53,535 bases of DNA, taken from NCBI GenBank assembly GCA_032718475.1, contig JAUCBJ010001515.1, forward strand, positions 1 to 53,535, in the 5' to 3' direction. The translations under genes were made by a program, and so were the position numbers. Source of the DNA: Nemertoderma westbladi (taxonomy: Eukaryota > Animalia > Xenacoelomorpha). A model generated the notes under the pieces. The model did no database searches and had not been told where the DNA came from. It worked only from the letters and a program-made list of their open reading frames with translations. How positions within the stretch are numbered: position 1 is the first letter of the stretch; each line of letters begins with the position of its first letter. Positions 1 to 13,029 of the stretch are shown piece by piece.

Positions 1-1990
1 TAGATATTTTGCGTAATGCCCAACAGGTTCAACTGTTCCGAGCGCAGCTGAAATGCTTTGTAAAGGTAAATAAGTAGCGAGATTCGTAATAATCTGCGGT
101 GATCTGGCCCCTAGTAAGTTTTTAAAGTTAACTACGGACACATGACTAGCACCCAGACTGTACCTGTGTGGTAAATACCGCATACGCAAAAATTGTGATA
201 GACTGGGCATACCAGTAGGAAGTGAAACTCATCCTCTAGTCTGCCCAGACCACACAATTTGCAGAGTCGTTCCTATCGCTCCATATTACCCACCTACCAT
301 ATTCAATATATAACGGATGGGGATGAACACCGAAACTTAGCAAGGGCATCCAAAAGAAGAGGATGACCTCTAAGTATTTCTAAATACCCTTCCCAGAGGA
401 AATTATATTTCACGTAGAGCTCCCCTCTTGGAGAGGATTCAATTTCCCCCCACCACCTTTGAATATACTGGTCCCGAAGGTATTTGTAACCCTAGCAATG
501 GACACCTTGGGATTAGTAACATGCTGGGTGACCCAGACATCATTTGCACCCAGGCTATCAAGTACATTCTTTACAGCAGAAGCTGAAATGGACACTGTCA
601 CTTTTCAATATTAGATAAGCCTGCTTTACAAGTCTGCAATCGGTTATATTGAAAAATATCGAGACATGAAAAATATCGAGAGTAAAAATAACGCGAGTAA
701 AAACATCGAGTGTTGAAAAATAACGATAATATCGAGAGTTCAAAAAATATCGAGAGTACAAATATCGAGGGTAAAAATATCGAGAGTAAAAATACCGAGT
801 GTTGAAAAATATCGAGAGTAAAAATATCGAGTGTTGAAAAATATCGAGAGTAAAAATATCGAGTGTTGAAAAATATCGAGAGTAAAAATATCGAGTGTTG
901 AAAAATATCGAGAGTAAAAATATCGAGTGTTGAAAAATATCGAGAGTAAAAATATCGAGTGTTGAAAAATATCGAGAGTAAAAATATCGAGTGTTGAAAA
1001 GTATCGAGAGTAAAAATATCGAGTGTTGAAAAATATCGAGTGTTGAAAAATATCGAGTGTTGAAAAATATCGAGTGTTGAAAAATATCGAGTGTTGAAAA
1101 ATATCGAGTGTTGAAAAATATCGAGTGTTGAAAAATATCGAGTGTTGGAAAATATCGAGAGTTAAAATATCGAGTGTCGAAAAATATCGAGAGTAAAAAT
1201 ATCGATAGTAACAATTTTTTTAAATAAGGGTTTATGATAATTTTTTTACTAAAAATGTTCTAGAACAACAATATTTATCAACATTTGGTAGCTTATAAGG
1301 TACGTGTTCTAATATAATATTTAACAATATTTATAATATTTATCAAAATTTATAGCTAGCACTTCTTTTATAATATTTATTAAAAAAATAGCAAAAACTA
1401 GCTAGTATAATAAATCTGGTAAATGGGTACCCAAGGTGTATTACAGTACATAATGCCATTTACTTGCACTTTCACTGTTGTAACCCATCAACCCATGCAC
1501 TGCAATATTGTTCCATAATTCTAAATAAAATGCTCAAGTAAAATGCAATATTTTTACTCTCGATATTTTTCAACACTCGATATTTTTCAACACTCGATAT
1601 TTTTACTCTCGATATTTTTCAACACTCGATATTTTTACTCTCGATATTTTTCAACACTCGATATTTTTACTCTCGATATTTTTCAACACTCGATATTTTT
1701 ACTCTCGATATTTTTCAACACTCGATATTTTTCAACACTCGATATTTTTACTCTCGATATTTTTCAACACTCGATATTTTTCAACACTCGATATTTTTCA
1801 ACACTCGTTATATTCGATATTTTTCATCTCGTGTTATTTTTACTCTCGATATTTTTTAATCACGTTAATTTTCAACACTCGTTATTTTTACTCTCGATAT
1901 TATTCAAGTCTCGATATTTTTCACCATTACCCTGCAATCGCTCATTTTAATCATTTGCAACCAGTATTTAATGATGGCTTATTTTCTACT
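1..1990 (-). mobile_element. Decayed non-LTR retrotransposon (LINE) ORF2 3' fragment with C-terminal CCHC finger, split by an insertion at 642-1931
   Basis: Minus-strand translation gives IIKYWLQMIKMS|DCRLVKQAY (frame restored when the insertion plus one TSD is removed), then AVKNVLDSLGANDVWVTQ, ALAKFRCSS..YIEYGRW and RLCKLCGLGRLEDEFHFLLVCPVY; contains stops and frameshifts. Confidence 0.85.
642..1931. mobile_element. Foldback-type non-autonomous DNA transposon (Merlin-like ends) with TIRs built of tandem repeats
   Basis: 8-bp TSD CTGCAATC (634-641, 1932-1939); ends GGTTAT.../...ATTACC; left arm is an array of AAAAATATCGAG(AGT/TGTTG) units (650-1210), right arm the reverse complement (1547-1925). 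GG termini plus an 8-bp TSD fit Merlin; superfamily is inferred. Confidence 0.85.
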
Positions 1991-2995
1991 TATAGGCCTA
2001 CCGGTACACAGGGGCACAAAACCTGTCTCACCATAAACCAGAAAAAATGGTGTGCTTTTTTTAACTTTTAGTAGCTTCCCCAGATTCAACATCTTAACCT
2101 CAGTATGAAACCCCCATATTTTCGCTGCTGTAACTCAAAATAGGCTTTATAAGCGAATTAATAAGAGACAAGGCAACCAGCAACCTCTGCTCTCATAGGG
2201 AAGGCACCCACATATTTTAGCAGGGAAAAATACGTTTAGTTAGCTTTCTCCGCCAAAGTCTTTTGAGTTCTGTAGAAATTGCACGTATAAGAAAATACTA
2301 GGCTCTACACCCAAATAAGTAAAAAAAAGGAACGGAAAAATTACTGAGTCATATGGTAGCTAGTATTTTTTATACATTATAATAATTTTATACTAGCTAG
2401 TGTTTTTTTTATGTTTTTTTTTTCTTTGGTTATTTGGTAAAAAAAAATTTCCTACAATTTTTTTTTAGTACCGGTACCGGTACTTAAACTTACATTACTG
2501 AGTCATGTGGTACTAGTAGCTAGTATTTTTATACATTACAATAATATTATACTAGCTAGTGTTTTTTTTATTTGGTTTTTCATAATAACTCACTAAAACA
2601 TCTATTCTAGAATATCTTGATGCTATGGAAATTACATTAATAAAAAATAGTACTAGCTAGTAAAAAAAATTAAAAAACTAGCTACCATCTGAATGTGAGG
2701 TCAAATATTTGTTCTGGAAGAATAAACCTCATGATAAAAGCGATTTTCATAGTAATAAAATTGGTCAAAAAGTGGGTACCCTGGCCATACTAATGCCGAG
2801 AAATATAAAAAATATACCTTGATTTTTGATTAGCGGTAGCTAATGTTCTGAAATTAGCTAATATTGTGTTCTAGAACACAATATTTTTTTGACAAATGTT
2901 GTGAGGATGTCAACGATGGTAATTTAGTTCTAAATTTGTCATAATATGCCTATATATTTCATATTTTTTTTTAGAAAATGCGACTGCATATGGAG

Positions 2996-3047
2996 GAACC
3001 CAACCCCCCCCCCCCGGGGGGGGGGGGGGGGGGGGGGGGTTGGGTTC
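2996..3047. repeat. Palindrome GAACCCAA-C12-G24-TTGGGTTC
   Basis: Read directly; perfect inverted symmetry apart from the homopolymer lengths. Confidence 0.85.
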
Positions 3048-4749
3048 GTTCACCTCGTCTTTTTTTGATCAGATTTTTTTAAATGTGTTTACCGATGTAA
3101 AATTTTATGGTGATTCCGAATCTGAAATCAGTTTTTCGTTAAGTTGTTTAGTTCTTGAGTTATAGCAACTTCTTGTAATTTTCCCCAAAATGTTTAATTT
3201 TGGTGCAGCACCACATTTGACACCAAAAAAGTCCATCAAACACCCAGAAATTTCGAAATATTTTGCCATTTTTGGAATTAGCTCCGAAAATTAGCCAATA
3301 GGTATCAAAGCCGCTTGAAAAATTACAAAAAAATTTCACTTTAGGTGCATGTTTAGTCAGTTGTAATCAGGAGGATATTTAAATGTCATTTTTCTCGCGT
3401 TGGCTTTTTTGGGACACTTTCTCTATCTATTTTTTAACGACTCAACCGATTTTCGTTCTGTTTGCAGAATTATGTAGAGGAATATTCCGCGCAAAAATTG
3501 TGTTGACAGAATGTTGAAATTTTGGTTGAGAAATTTGAAATTTTGTATTATATAAGAAATTACCATTTAAAAGCCTACTGACTAAGTACCTCAGATTCCT
3601 TTCGGAGTTTCTGGCATAATTTACGTATTATATCATGCAACAATGCCCTAACGCAGTGGGAATGTATATATTCCCGTCCAACTGTTAAATTTAATCTCAA
3701 AAACTCCTATAGCCTTATTCGTAAGGCAGTAGTGGGGTAGAGTGACATCCGCCGTCCTATAATGTAGATCATATTTGTTACAGTTACTGTCCATTATGTT
3801 CACAATGTTAACAGATTGAACTCGATATAGTATGTTAATATAACATTCTGTAATGACTGCACCCACAGAGTATACTACCATACACACAACCTAGAAAACC
3901 ATCAGGACTTATAATATCGCCGATGTAATTTTAATCGATTTAGAGTGTATTTGTTGAATATATTAAATGGTTTCATTTTATCAATTTGTAAAATATAAAA
4001 ATGTTCTAGAACGTCACGGTTAGTTTCTCAGTAAACAGGGGCCCCACCGGTGCCCAACAAAACTTGAAGCGAAATTAGCTACAACTAAAAAGCACTCTAG
4101 TTCAGGAACTTTCCGCACATGGGTCACAAGTTCCACAACACAGTACTCAATAATAGTTGGTTATTTATTGAGGGGAACGGGAGAGACGGGATCTGAGTAA
4201 CTCAGAAACAGAACTCGATTGTGAGAATTTTTGTGAACTTGTGATATATTTGACAATAATATTAGTAATACAAAAAAAAAGGAAATGTTTCATTTACACA
4301 AACAATATTGTATACTTTAATGCACGCGTATGCATAATAAAATGTATTTTTGTTGACAAAATAAATAAAAAAAACTGAGTTATTAGACTACCGGTATGCA
4401 ATACAATGAGTCCTCAGTATATTATGTATATAAATATAGACCTACAGTAGAGTAGGGCAGCAAGACGCTAAGTGTACGATACCAGATAATAATTAATCTA
4501 CGTTTGTAATTATTAAGCAAAAGTGTAAGGTTGCAAATAGATATTAAAACTTCTGTCAGAACTGTTAACTGAATTCTAACATTACGTTAAACGGCTGTTT
4601 ATGAAATACCGCAGACCAAACAATTGTTTTTAACATTAACAAAATTCAACCATTAAAGTAGAAAATTTTTGCACCAAATTTTAAAGATACAGTCAGTGAA
4701 CTGACTGTTAATATACTGTGAACCCACGTCAATATTTAACAAAATTATA

Positions 4750-5164
4750 GTTTGAATGGGATAATCCTTTAGGCTCATTAAGCTTGGGAATGCCTGCACA
4801 CTGCCACGGATGATATATTTAGGATGAAAGCCTGGGTTGGACTGGGCTGAAGCATGTAAGGCACTGCGATGCCCATCTAGGGACCGAAAAAGGGCCCCCT
4901 GTTGGACGCGCAGGAATGTCACCACTGTTAGATAGTTGTTGTGTTAAGTAATTCCACAACTTTGGAATAAAATTATACAATATAAACCAACCGCATTCTT
5001 GTATTTGCTAGGAACCCCGTTGTTTTGTCCCAGTAAATAAACTGGTACTCATTTCTAGACCCAGTGGGTGACAGACTGAGTAGAGCCGGGGGCTGGGCTC
5101 GAACCTACAAACAATAGATTGTAAAACCGACGCTCAACCAACTGAGTTAGACCCTCCATTCTTA
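4750..5164 (-). mobile_element. tRNA-derived SINE (longer copy)
   Basis: Head with A box (TAACTCAGTTGG) and B box (GGTTCGAGCC); stems do not close as a tRNA; followed by an unrelated body; 3' boundary approximate. Confidence 0.7.
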
Positions 5165-5492
5165 CTGCTAGGCCTTAGATGATAATTATAATTTAAATAT
5201 TAACACCATTTACTGCTAAACTTATCTGACGTTATCTTACCAAAACGATTATTAATTTTAACAAACCGAAACTGAGTTTACGTTCTTTAGAGAAATTAAA
5301 CAATTTTATATATAGAAATCAAAGTGAAAAATACAAAGTAAATAAAGAACAACTCACTATCTTCTTTATCTCACTGGTCTAGTCTGCAATAATTGTCATC
5401 TGCATGACGTGCATTTATTGTTTATAGTTCATTAGTCGTAGTAACCTTACACTTTAGGTCAGGGTTGGTGCGCGAAAAACTAGGTGTAAAAA

Positions 5493-5628
5493 TAAGAATG
5501 GAGGGTCTAACTCAGTTGGTTGAGCGCCGGTTTTACAATCTATTGTTTGTAGGTTCGAGCCCAGCCCTCAGTCTGTCACTCACTGGGTCTAGAAATTAGG
5601 ACCAGTTTAATTACTGGGACAAAACAAC
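5493..5628 (+). mobile_element. tRNA-derived SINE, 3'-truncated copy, inverted relative to 5019-5164
   Basis: Near-identical reverse complement of 5019-5164 with the same A and B boxes. Confidence 0.75.
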
Positions 5629-5941
5629 AAGTAACAGTGTGCCCTGCGTTGTGTTATTTTTACTTTTAAAACACGAAGAAATTTAGAAAAAGTCGGATTA
5701 AGTTAGCGCGAGGGAGTATGCTAGAATTGTTTGTTTCTGATTTGATGTTACTGCGAGGTGATGAAAACCAACCAGGTGAAATTCAATATAGCAGTGATTT
5801 AGGGCCTACACATCTACACCATACAAATAATATATTCAAGGTAATTATTTTCCAAGTTTGTAATTACAAACGGCCGCAAAAATCACAATTTAGTGAAATA
5901 AATGAGATTTAATGATATTTTAATGGATCGTAAACCATTAA

Positions 5942-6922
5942 TAGGCGAGTCAATCTAGCCGAAAAAGGGGGTCAACCCATAACAAATTCGCAATTCACCC
6001 AAACCAATTTTTTTTTATTCTAAATTACCTTGTTAATACCCCCAAAAAAGTCTATAAAAATATATTATGCGGATCACTTTCAATTTCCTGTTTCTTTCCT
6101 TAGCAACATGGATTTTACATAGCAACAAGGGGTCTAGTGGTGGGATTTTCTCCAAATTTGGTACAGAAAAACTTTACTCCAATGACTATTGATTGACAGA
6201 AGAATGCACTTCTATATAGTTACCAATTTAGTTTCCAGAGCAACGGAAATTTGTTTAATAATTTAACCATTTTTAATACCAATTTTGCTGGTACAATATA
6301 AGGACCTTATTTACACAACTTCTCTACTAAACGGGTGGATGAAACCTCGTCCATCGGAATTATCGACCTCAAAAACCCTTATCCCCAAAAAATTTATTTG
6401 TTATATGATAAACTATTGTAGTTTTCAAACTAAAACAAATAAATAAATTACACCTAAAATCAATAGAGCAATCACAATTTAATTATGTGAAAAATCTTCA
6501 CTAACATTAAAGGAAATTAAGAAATTTCCTTGCAGTGGAAATGTCTGATTTTTTTTAATATATCGTAAAATTGTTGATATATTTAAAAATTGGATGCGAC
6601 TTCTAGTTTCCGAGATATAGCAATTAATGTGTAACACGCCAGTGTAAATATTACTAATTTCCCATTGAATCACAGCTTATTGTGAAATTAATTAAATTAT
6701 TCTGGAACATCACCAATTTGCTGCTTACTCTTCCCTACTGTTCCTTTTGTTTGTCTTGTGTTATGCAAATTTACGCAGAATTCCCATGAATAAACATATG
6801 ATCCGCAAAATAAAATTTTATAGACTTTTTTTGGTCATTAATAAGGTAATACAGAATCCAAAATGTGTGGTTCGGATTGATTGCGAAATACTTATGGGTT
6901 TTTTGCTAGATTGACTCGACTA
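5942..6922. mobile_element. Non-autonomous DNA transposon, Academ-like ends
   Basis: Ends TAGGCGAGTCAATCTAGC / GCTAGATTGACTCGACTA, imperfect TIR of ~130 bp, 3-bp TSD TAA (5939-5941, 6923-6925). TAG...CTA with a 3-bp TSD fits Academ. Confidence 0.75.
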
Positions 6923-6980
6923 TAACCAGAATTCATAAAAAAAATCACACGTCGCCATTCTATTTCGTCACACGTCTCCA

Positions 6981-6986
6981 TTTATT
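6981..6986 (-). promoter_or_regulatory. Candidate polyadenylation signal of SKP1
   Basis: AATAAA on the minus strand about 790 nt past the stop codon, just before the flanking transposon; position only, no transcript evidence. Confidence 0.3.
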
Positions 6987-7773
6987 TGTTTTGAAATCAA
7001 ACAATCAGTTCCAGGTCCAACCCAATTGTATATCATCGACAAGTTTCAACATAAAACAGAAAGATATCATAATTATGTGAAGGGTTGTTTACGTATGTAG
7101 CTGCTATTGTTTGATTGTATATAATTCAACACCAATCTTAGTTAGTACTTAATACCTAATAATAAAAAAACCACAACGAAGTAGATTTGTGGTCATTTCT
7201 TATAAAAATCAGATGTTGATAAATTGCTTACTTATTTACAGGTAAAGCGACACCAAAGGTAATAAATGGCTGTCTTCCTACGTAATCGTCGCTGCCGAGG
7301 AAATGTACTAATGTACTTCGATTTTCACCCAATCTTATCTATTCAGATTTAGCGTTGGTAAGATGATGGATGGTCAGCTTCCTATATCTAATTCATAGAG
7401 ATAAAGATAAATATAGATTCGAATTTAGGAAAAAGATTTCCAAAAATTACATACGAAGTCTTCGGCATCGCTATACTTAACTTGCACACACATATTTAAC
7501 AACACGTCCTAGAATATAATAACATATACAGAGTTTGAGAAGATCGCAGATCGCATAAAATTTGAAAAATATGGTTTGGCCTCCCAAATTTTACTCCCCT
7601 TAAAAGATATTTTATACTTTTTGAAAAAAAAGGTCCATCAACATAAATATGTTCCAGGACATGGTGTATATATGTGAAGGACAAATGGAATTGAATTTTC
7701 CCACTTTATATATTATTATTATATACACACACTCAGTTTGTTTACGAAGAGTTTCCGGGGTAACATCTGCCGA

Positions 7774-7926
7774 CTATTTCTCCTCGCACCACGCATTCTC
7801 TTTGCGAACTTGCTCCTCTTCAGCAGCAGAGAAATCATTTTTTATGTTGAACGTCTTGCGAATTTCCTCCGGGGTTTTGCCTTTGATCATGTTAGCGACT
7901 GTCTTACACGTTGCATCCAACAATCC
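7774..7926 (-). CDS. SKP1: SKP1 coding exon 3 (aa 113-162 and stop)
   Basis: Not in the ORF track; read manually. TAG acceptor ending at 7927, then [50 protein letters not shown] and TAG stop at 7776-7774; F-box-binding C-terminus of Skp1. Confidence 0.97.
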   Translation of the reverse strand, partial: GLLDATCKTVANMIKGKTPEEIRKTFNIKNDFSAAEEEQVRKENAWCEEK

Positions 7927-8617
7927 CTAAATAATAGTTATAAAGATACTTAAGTCTATTTGCGAAGCAGATACTATGAAATGAATCAGGGATTGCGATT
8001 AGAATTCCGGACAGAACAGGAATATCTCACAACAGTAGTATACAATTTTATAAACGAATTTATTAACCAAATGCCCTTAGTAGACAGACTAAACTGCACG
8101 TTAGGGCCGTTCCCCGGTATGTTGGGGGGGGGGGGGGGGGGGGGGGGGATGGTGGGTGGTGGCAGGGTTTTTTTTTCTAAATATGTTAGTGAAATTTATA
8201 AATCTAAATAGTTTGTTGAAAAAATTTGAGTATCTCCTTCGCAATTTTCAAGTAAAATGAAAAATAATGGCTGGTGTTAATTAGATTTGGTACAGTTACC
8301 AGTCGGTCATACTGTAGTAGAAGGACCAAGTGGTAAGTGCGACTAATTAGTTCAATATTTTGATATATTACATGGATAACATGGAATTACATGGATAAAA
8401 CGCCGATTTTCTTGTATCTTTATAAGTTAAGGAGCTCAATGATAATTAGCTAATATGTGACGTGGTTTCCGTCAGACATGTACGTGTGTATTTTCTGAAA
8501 AGCTATAAACTTTTGAGAGACTGGGCGCAAATCCTGACGAATTAATATCCCGCATCAATGTTAAATTATCAAATAAGGTAAAAAGGAGCAGTCTAGTATA
8601 ATGGTAGTAAAGGTTAG

Positions 8618-10015
8618 TAGGGATGTCCCGGAATCGATATTTTGATTCCGGCCGGAACCGGAATTCAACATGCCGGAATATTCCGGCCGGAACCGGAATT
8701 TTCTGTAATTAGTGACCTACACTAAATGACCCATGAAACTTTATAATTTTTTGTGAAACAGATGAATTTTTTTTAATTTCTACAGCTAAGTTTGTTAATG
8801 AGATGAATCAGAACCTTGGGGGGAATTAAAGTGGGTGGAGTGGAGAATGGGCTGGGCCGTTATGGGACGGGATGGTACTTCGGCATTGAACTACAAGGAA
8901 TTTAATATATTTTTTTTTCTAAAATCTATAACCTTGTCCAAAAGTTAGGTTTTTAGCATTTATTTAGACTCATACCTAAGAACCTACGTTAACCAAAAAT
9001 CTATGGTTTCGCATCATGAGGACCTTTGCTGCAATATTCTGGTGTCTTTAAGGGAAATGAACATGTTACCGAGACATGTTATTCGAACCAAAACAATAAA
9101 CGAGGCCAATAGTACATGTTACAGTTTAATTATTGCTGGGAATAAATAGATTTATGGTAAGAAATGGATTTGCTGTAAATAGAAATACAACTACTATATA
9201 TATTATGCAGCACCTGCGACGCAGGACTGAACTAACGACCACTCGCAGGACCTGTACGAATTGTAATAACGTTTATATTAGTTTTAGGTTAGAGTAGTAA
9301 TTGTAATTGCGTAATACTGTATTTGTAACCAAGTAACATAAAGGACCCCCATGGAAATAAGCTGCAAATCTTTAGAGGTAATCCTATATGTTATGTTGGA
9401 CAATACCAATCATAGTATTATCATATTAATTAATAATCAATTCAAAGTAAAATAATATAAAATCAATGTAAAATAATTTAAATTCAATGTAAAATAATCT
9501 AAAATCAATCTAAAAAACGTCATTTTATAAGCAAATTGTATTAATTAAATTGGAAAAACTACCCGCTAAGGCCCGTGCTCCACTGGTAAGTCTTATGTAG
9601 TCTTAGTCAGAATAAATTATGGAACACATTGGTTTCAATGGGAGCGTCTCCACTGGTAAATCGTAAGTTACGACCGATGAGTCGAAAGTGAAAGCATCTT
9701 AAAATAATAATTGGTAATAATGTTTAAAAAATATATAACTGTTTTTTAAATAAATATTATTTATAAATTTATTATTATTTATTATTATAAATTTATTATT
9801 ATAAATTTATTATTATAAATTTATTATTATAAATTTATTATTATTTATTATTATAAATTTATCAAACTAATTGTAACTATCAAACTAGTTAGGAACCTGG
9901 TAATTCCGATAAAATTCCGGCCGGAATTGACCCCATTCCGGCAATTCCGGCCGGAACCGGAATCGGGCAAAAACCGCCAGAATTCCGGCCGGAACGGAAT
10001 TCCGGGACATCCCTA
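8618..10015. mobile_element. hAT-type non-autonomous element in SKP1 intron 2
   Basis: TIR TAGGGATGTCCCGGAAT / ATTCCGGGACATCCCTA; 8-bp TSD AAGGTTAG (8610-8617, 10016-10023); subterminal TTCCGGCCGGAA palindromes at both ends. Confidence 0.92.
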
Positions 10016-10415
10016 AAGGTTAGTAAAAGGAGGTATATAGGCTATGTTATGATTTTTAAACTGACTGAGTAATAATTGTAAGTATTAAGTAGTAACATTA
10101 ATATACGAATTATTAAATACGTATTTACATTTAGACATTCTGGAAATTATGCTATGATGTCATGTCTCGTGTTTAATGTGTATTCCAATACACATGATGA
10201 TAGGCTTATTACTACACCATCTAATCTAATGTGAAGTTCGGTAATATAATATATGGTGTCGCGCCAAGCGCCCAGCGCCAGTCTAGTTGGCATACATTAT
10301 TAAATAAAATCAAGGTCCACTTTAAAAATGTAAAATCTTTAAAATCAAGTACCAGTTGTACTACCCAATATACCGTACCAGTATATTAGACTATACTAGG
10401 CCTACTTAAAAAAAG

Positions 10416-11124
10416 CCCTTAATACAACAACCATTTTTAGGGGGTCGGAGCCCCCCCCCCCCCTAATTTTTTTCAAATTTCAATAAAATGCTGAAATTTG
10501 GTATGATGATAGATCGACACATTTTCTTACTGGTGGCCTGGTCGGAATTTTTAATTTATGCGCTATTTCGATAGAATAAGCCGTTAAAAATCGCCTATTT
10601 CGCAATATTTAGCCACATCCGTTGGCTTTATTTTTCGTCTTTGGAATGAAATCTAGATATCATTAGATCCGCCTTCATCTGCATATTCCGAATCTGAAAA
10701 CCGTTTTAAATTAAACCAAAAATTTGTGAAGTTATTATCAAAATACTAAGGTGTATATTTTGTGACGTAAATCGCTATAATTCTAATGTTTTATTTACTC
10801 AATTCTAGAATATTAATTATGGGTAATGAAAAAACAAGATGGAGAGTTTTAAACGCTCAGCTAAATAATAATTAATATTCTAGAATAAAGATAACAAAAC
10901 ATCAGAATTATAGCGATTTACGTCTCTAAATTTACACATTAGTATTTTGATAATATCTTTACAAATAACTGAGAAATTGAAAAATCTGGCCAGGCCACCA
11001 GTAAGAAACGGTGTCGATCTATCATCATACCGAATTTCGTACCATTTTATTGAAATTTGAAAAAAATTAGGGGGGGGGGGGGGGGGGGGCTCCGACCCCC
11101 TAAAAATGGTTGTTGTATTAAGGG
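10416..11124. mobile_element. MITE with ~140-bp TIRs (CCC...GGG ends) in SKP1 intron 2
   Basis: CCCTTAATACAACAACCATTTTTAGGGGGTCGGAG-polyC matched by its reverse complement ending at 11124; TSD not preserved. Confidence 0.8.
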
Positions 11125-12071
11125 TTATGGTGCATAACATAGTGAACATCGCAGCAGGCAAAACATTGTAATTAAATTATATTAAATCTTTCGCGGCGTT
11201 TTACAAGGCTACAGGATCCCACACTATTTAACACGTCACTGAAGTACTCGAAGTCCATTCAATCTTTCTTTGTAGGTACACATAAGCAGAAACGAGATTC
11301 CAAACTGATTTTACTATATAGGCATAGCTCACTAAGGATAGACTGCTCGGTAGGTTGAAGTTCTTATTGGCTTTTATATATAGAGGTATTAGACCGGGAT
11401 AGTTTTTCCTTTGAGGTTTGAAGCAATGCGCGAAATAAGATATTATCAAGAGTACATTAGGACAGCTTCTCAACCGAAGTATAGTACGAAGGTTAGCCAG
11501 ATAAATTTTCGTGGATAATGGTTTACAATTTAATAGTTTGTACACTACGAGGTTTGAGGCGTACGTTCCCAGGTGCATAAGTTTTTTGTCCAGTTCGGAT
11601 TGTTGTGAGTAAACCTGCAGCAAAACGAATCTTGTACATGATCGACGGTGGCGCTAGAGAGCTCCACAGTCACCAGCGCTATACGCGCGAATCAGCCTAT
11701 CAGACCTCATCAGTTCAGCTATTCTTCCCTGACTCTTATTTGTTCTAATTATTTGTTCTAGAAACGTTTTTTTTATACCTAACCTGTTTAATTTCATTTT
11801 CAAACAATGGGAGCATTACGGGAGAAACATTAATTTGTTCTAAAATAAGCAACATTTAAACAATTCGTGTTTACCAATATATACCGGTACCGTAATGCTT
11901 AACTTACCCTTCATAATATATATATATTATATATTATTATATAAATATATAAATATTATTATTTTTTATATATTAATATAATATTATATTAATTTATATA
12001 TATTATAATTTTCACTAGCTCTCGATTTGTTATAGATCTCGCTACGCTCAATAATCTGGATAGTGACAAAC

Positions 12072-12239
12072 CTTAATGTCTAAGTAATTAGCGGCTAGAA
12101 TTAGTTCGAACAAGGTTCCCTGGTCTACTTTAAGGAAATCCACATCGAAAGGTGACAGATCGTCGGTGCGTCTTTCCTTGTTGTCTTCGTCTTCTGGAGG
12201 GGGTGGGTCCTCTCTGTGTTGGTGACACCAAGCGATGAC
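12072..12239 (-). CDS. SKP1: SKP1 coding exon 2 (aa 57-112)
   Basis: CAG acceptor at 12242-12240; [27 protein letters not shown]...[22 protein letters not shown]; GT donor at 12071, phase 0. Confidence 0.97.
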
Positions 12240-12861
12240 CTGGTGAATAACAGAATAAAGTACAAACAAAAGGTAATCAAGTTAATGATCTATGTAATAA
12301 AGTATAGGAACAATTAAATAAAGTACAGGGAAGTGATAGTATAAATATAATAAGTATATTATGGTATAAAGTATAACGTAGGTAGGTAATGTATTGAGCG
12401 ATGCAAATAAGTATAAGGAAAATGAGATAATGTACAGATAATGCTACGAAGTATAACGAAATGAAATAAAAAAGAATAAGTAATATAAGATAAAGTGATA
12501 AAGATAAGAAGCAATGTTATAAAGTGCATGGAATATGAAATACTAAAATACAGAAATATTCTAAAATTATAAAAAACTATGTAATGCATTGAGCAAGAAA
12601 AAAAGTAGGTAATAATGTAAATAAAAATTTTACTAAGTATGAAATGAAATAATAGTAATAAAGTAATAATAAATAGAAATATATATTGAGCAAAGAAAAA
12701 TAGTAAAGTGAAGCAATAATGTACATAAAAATGATATATAATCATTTTTGTATAAGCAGTGTAGTAGGACTAATAAAGACTTATCAAGAGTTCATATCAG
12801 AGACAATGAATAATGTGTAGAGCAGAATAATTCAATATAAAAAAGTATAGTTTATACGCAC

Positions 12862-13029
12862 TTTCTTCAAAATTGCGGAATTGACATTAGGCAAGGGAAT
12901 GGGGTCTTGGTCAGTCTCATCTAGACCAAGATCCTCCAACATTGTCTTTATTGTTACACTTTGTTTAGCGACCTCGGTATCAATCTCGAAGGGCTCGCCA
13001 TCCGAACTCTGTAACTTTATCGTAGGCAT
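12862..13029 (-). CDS. SKP1: S-phase kinase-associated protein 1, coding exon 1 (aa 1-56)
   Basis: Translates [35 protein letters not shown]...[14 protein letters not shown], the Skp1 POZ/BTB N-terminus; ATG at 13029, GT donor (GTGCGT) begins at 12861, phase 0. Confidence 0.97.

Noticed and set aside
558-1950. 218-aa and 135-aa repetitive ORFs
   Set aside because: Translations of the tandem arrays in the two arms of the foldback element.
3648-3887. 79-aa ORF vaguely like an L2/CR1 LINE C-terminus
   Set aside because: Resemblance too weak to support without a profile search.
5500-5580. Functional tRNA gene
   Set aside because: Acceptor and anticodon stems do not pair and homology with the second copy continues past the tRNA part, as expected for a SINE head.
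12359-12745. 128-aa hydrophobic ORF in SKP1 intron 1
   Set aside because: Low-complexity T-rich intron sequence giving F/I/L/Y-rich translation with no recognisable domain.
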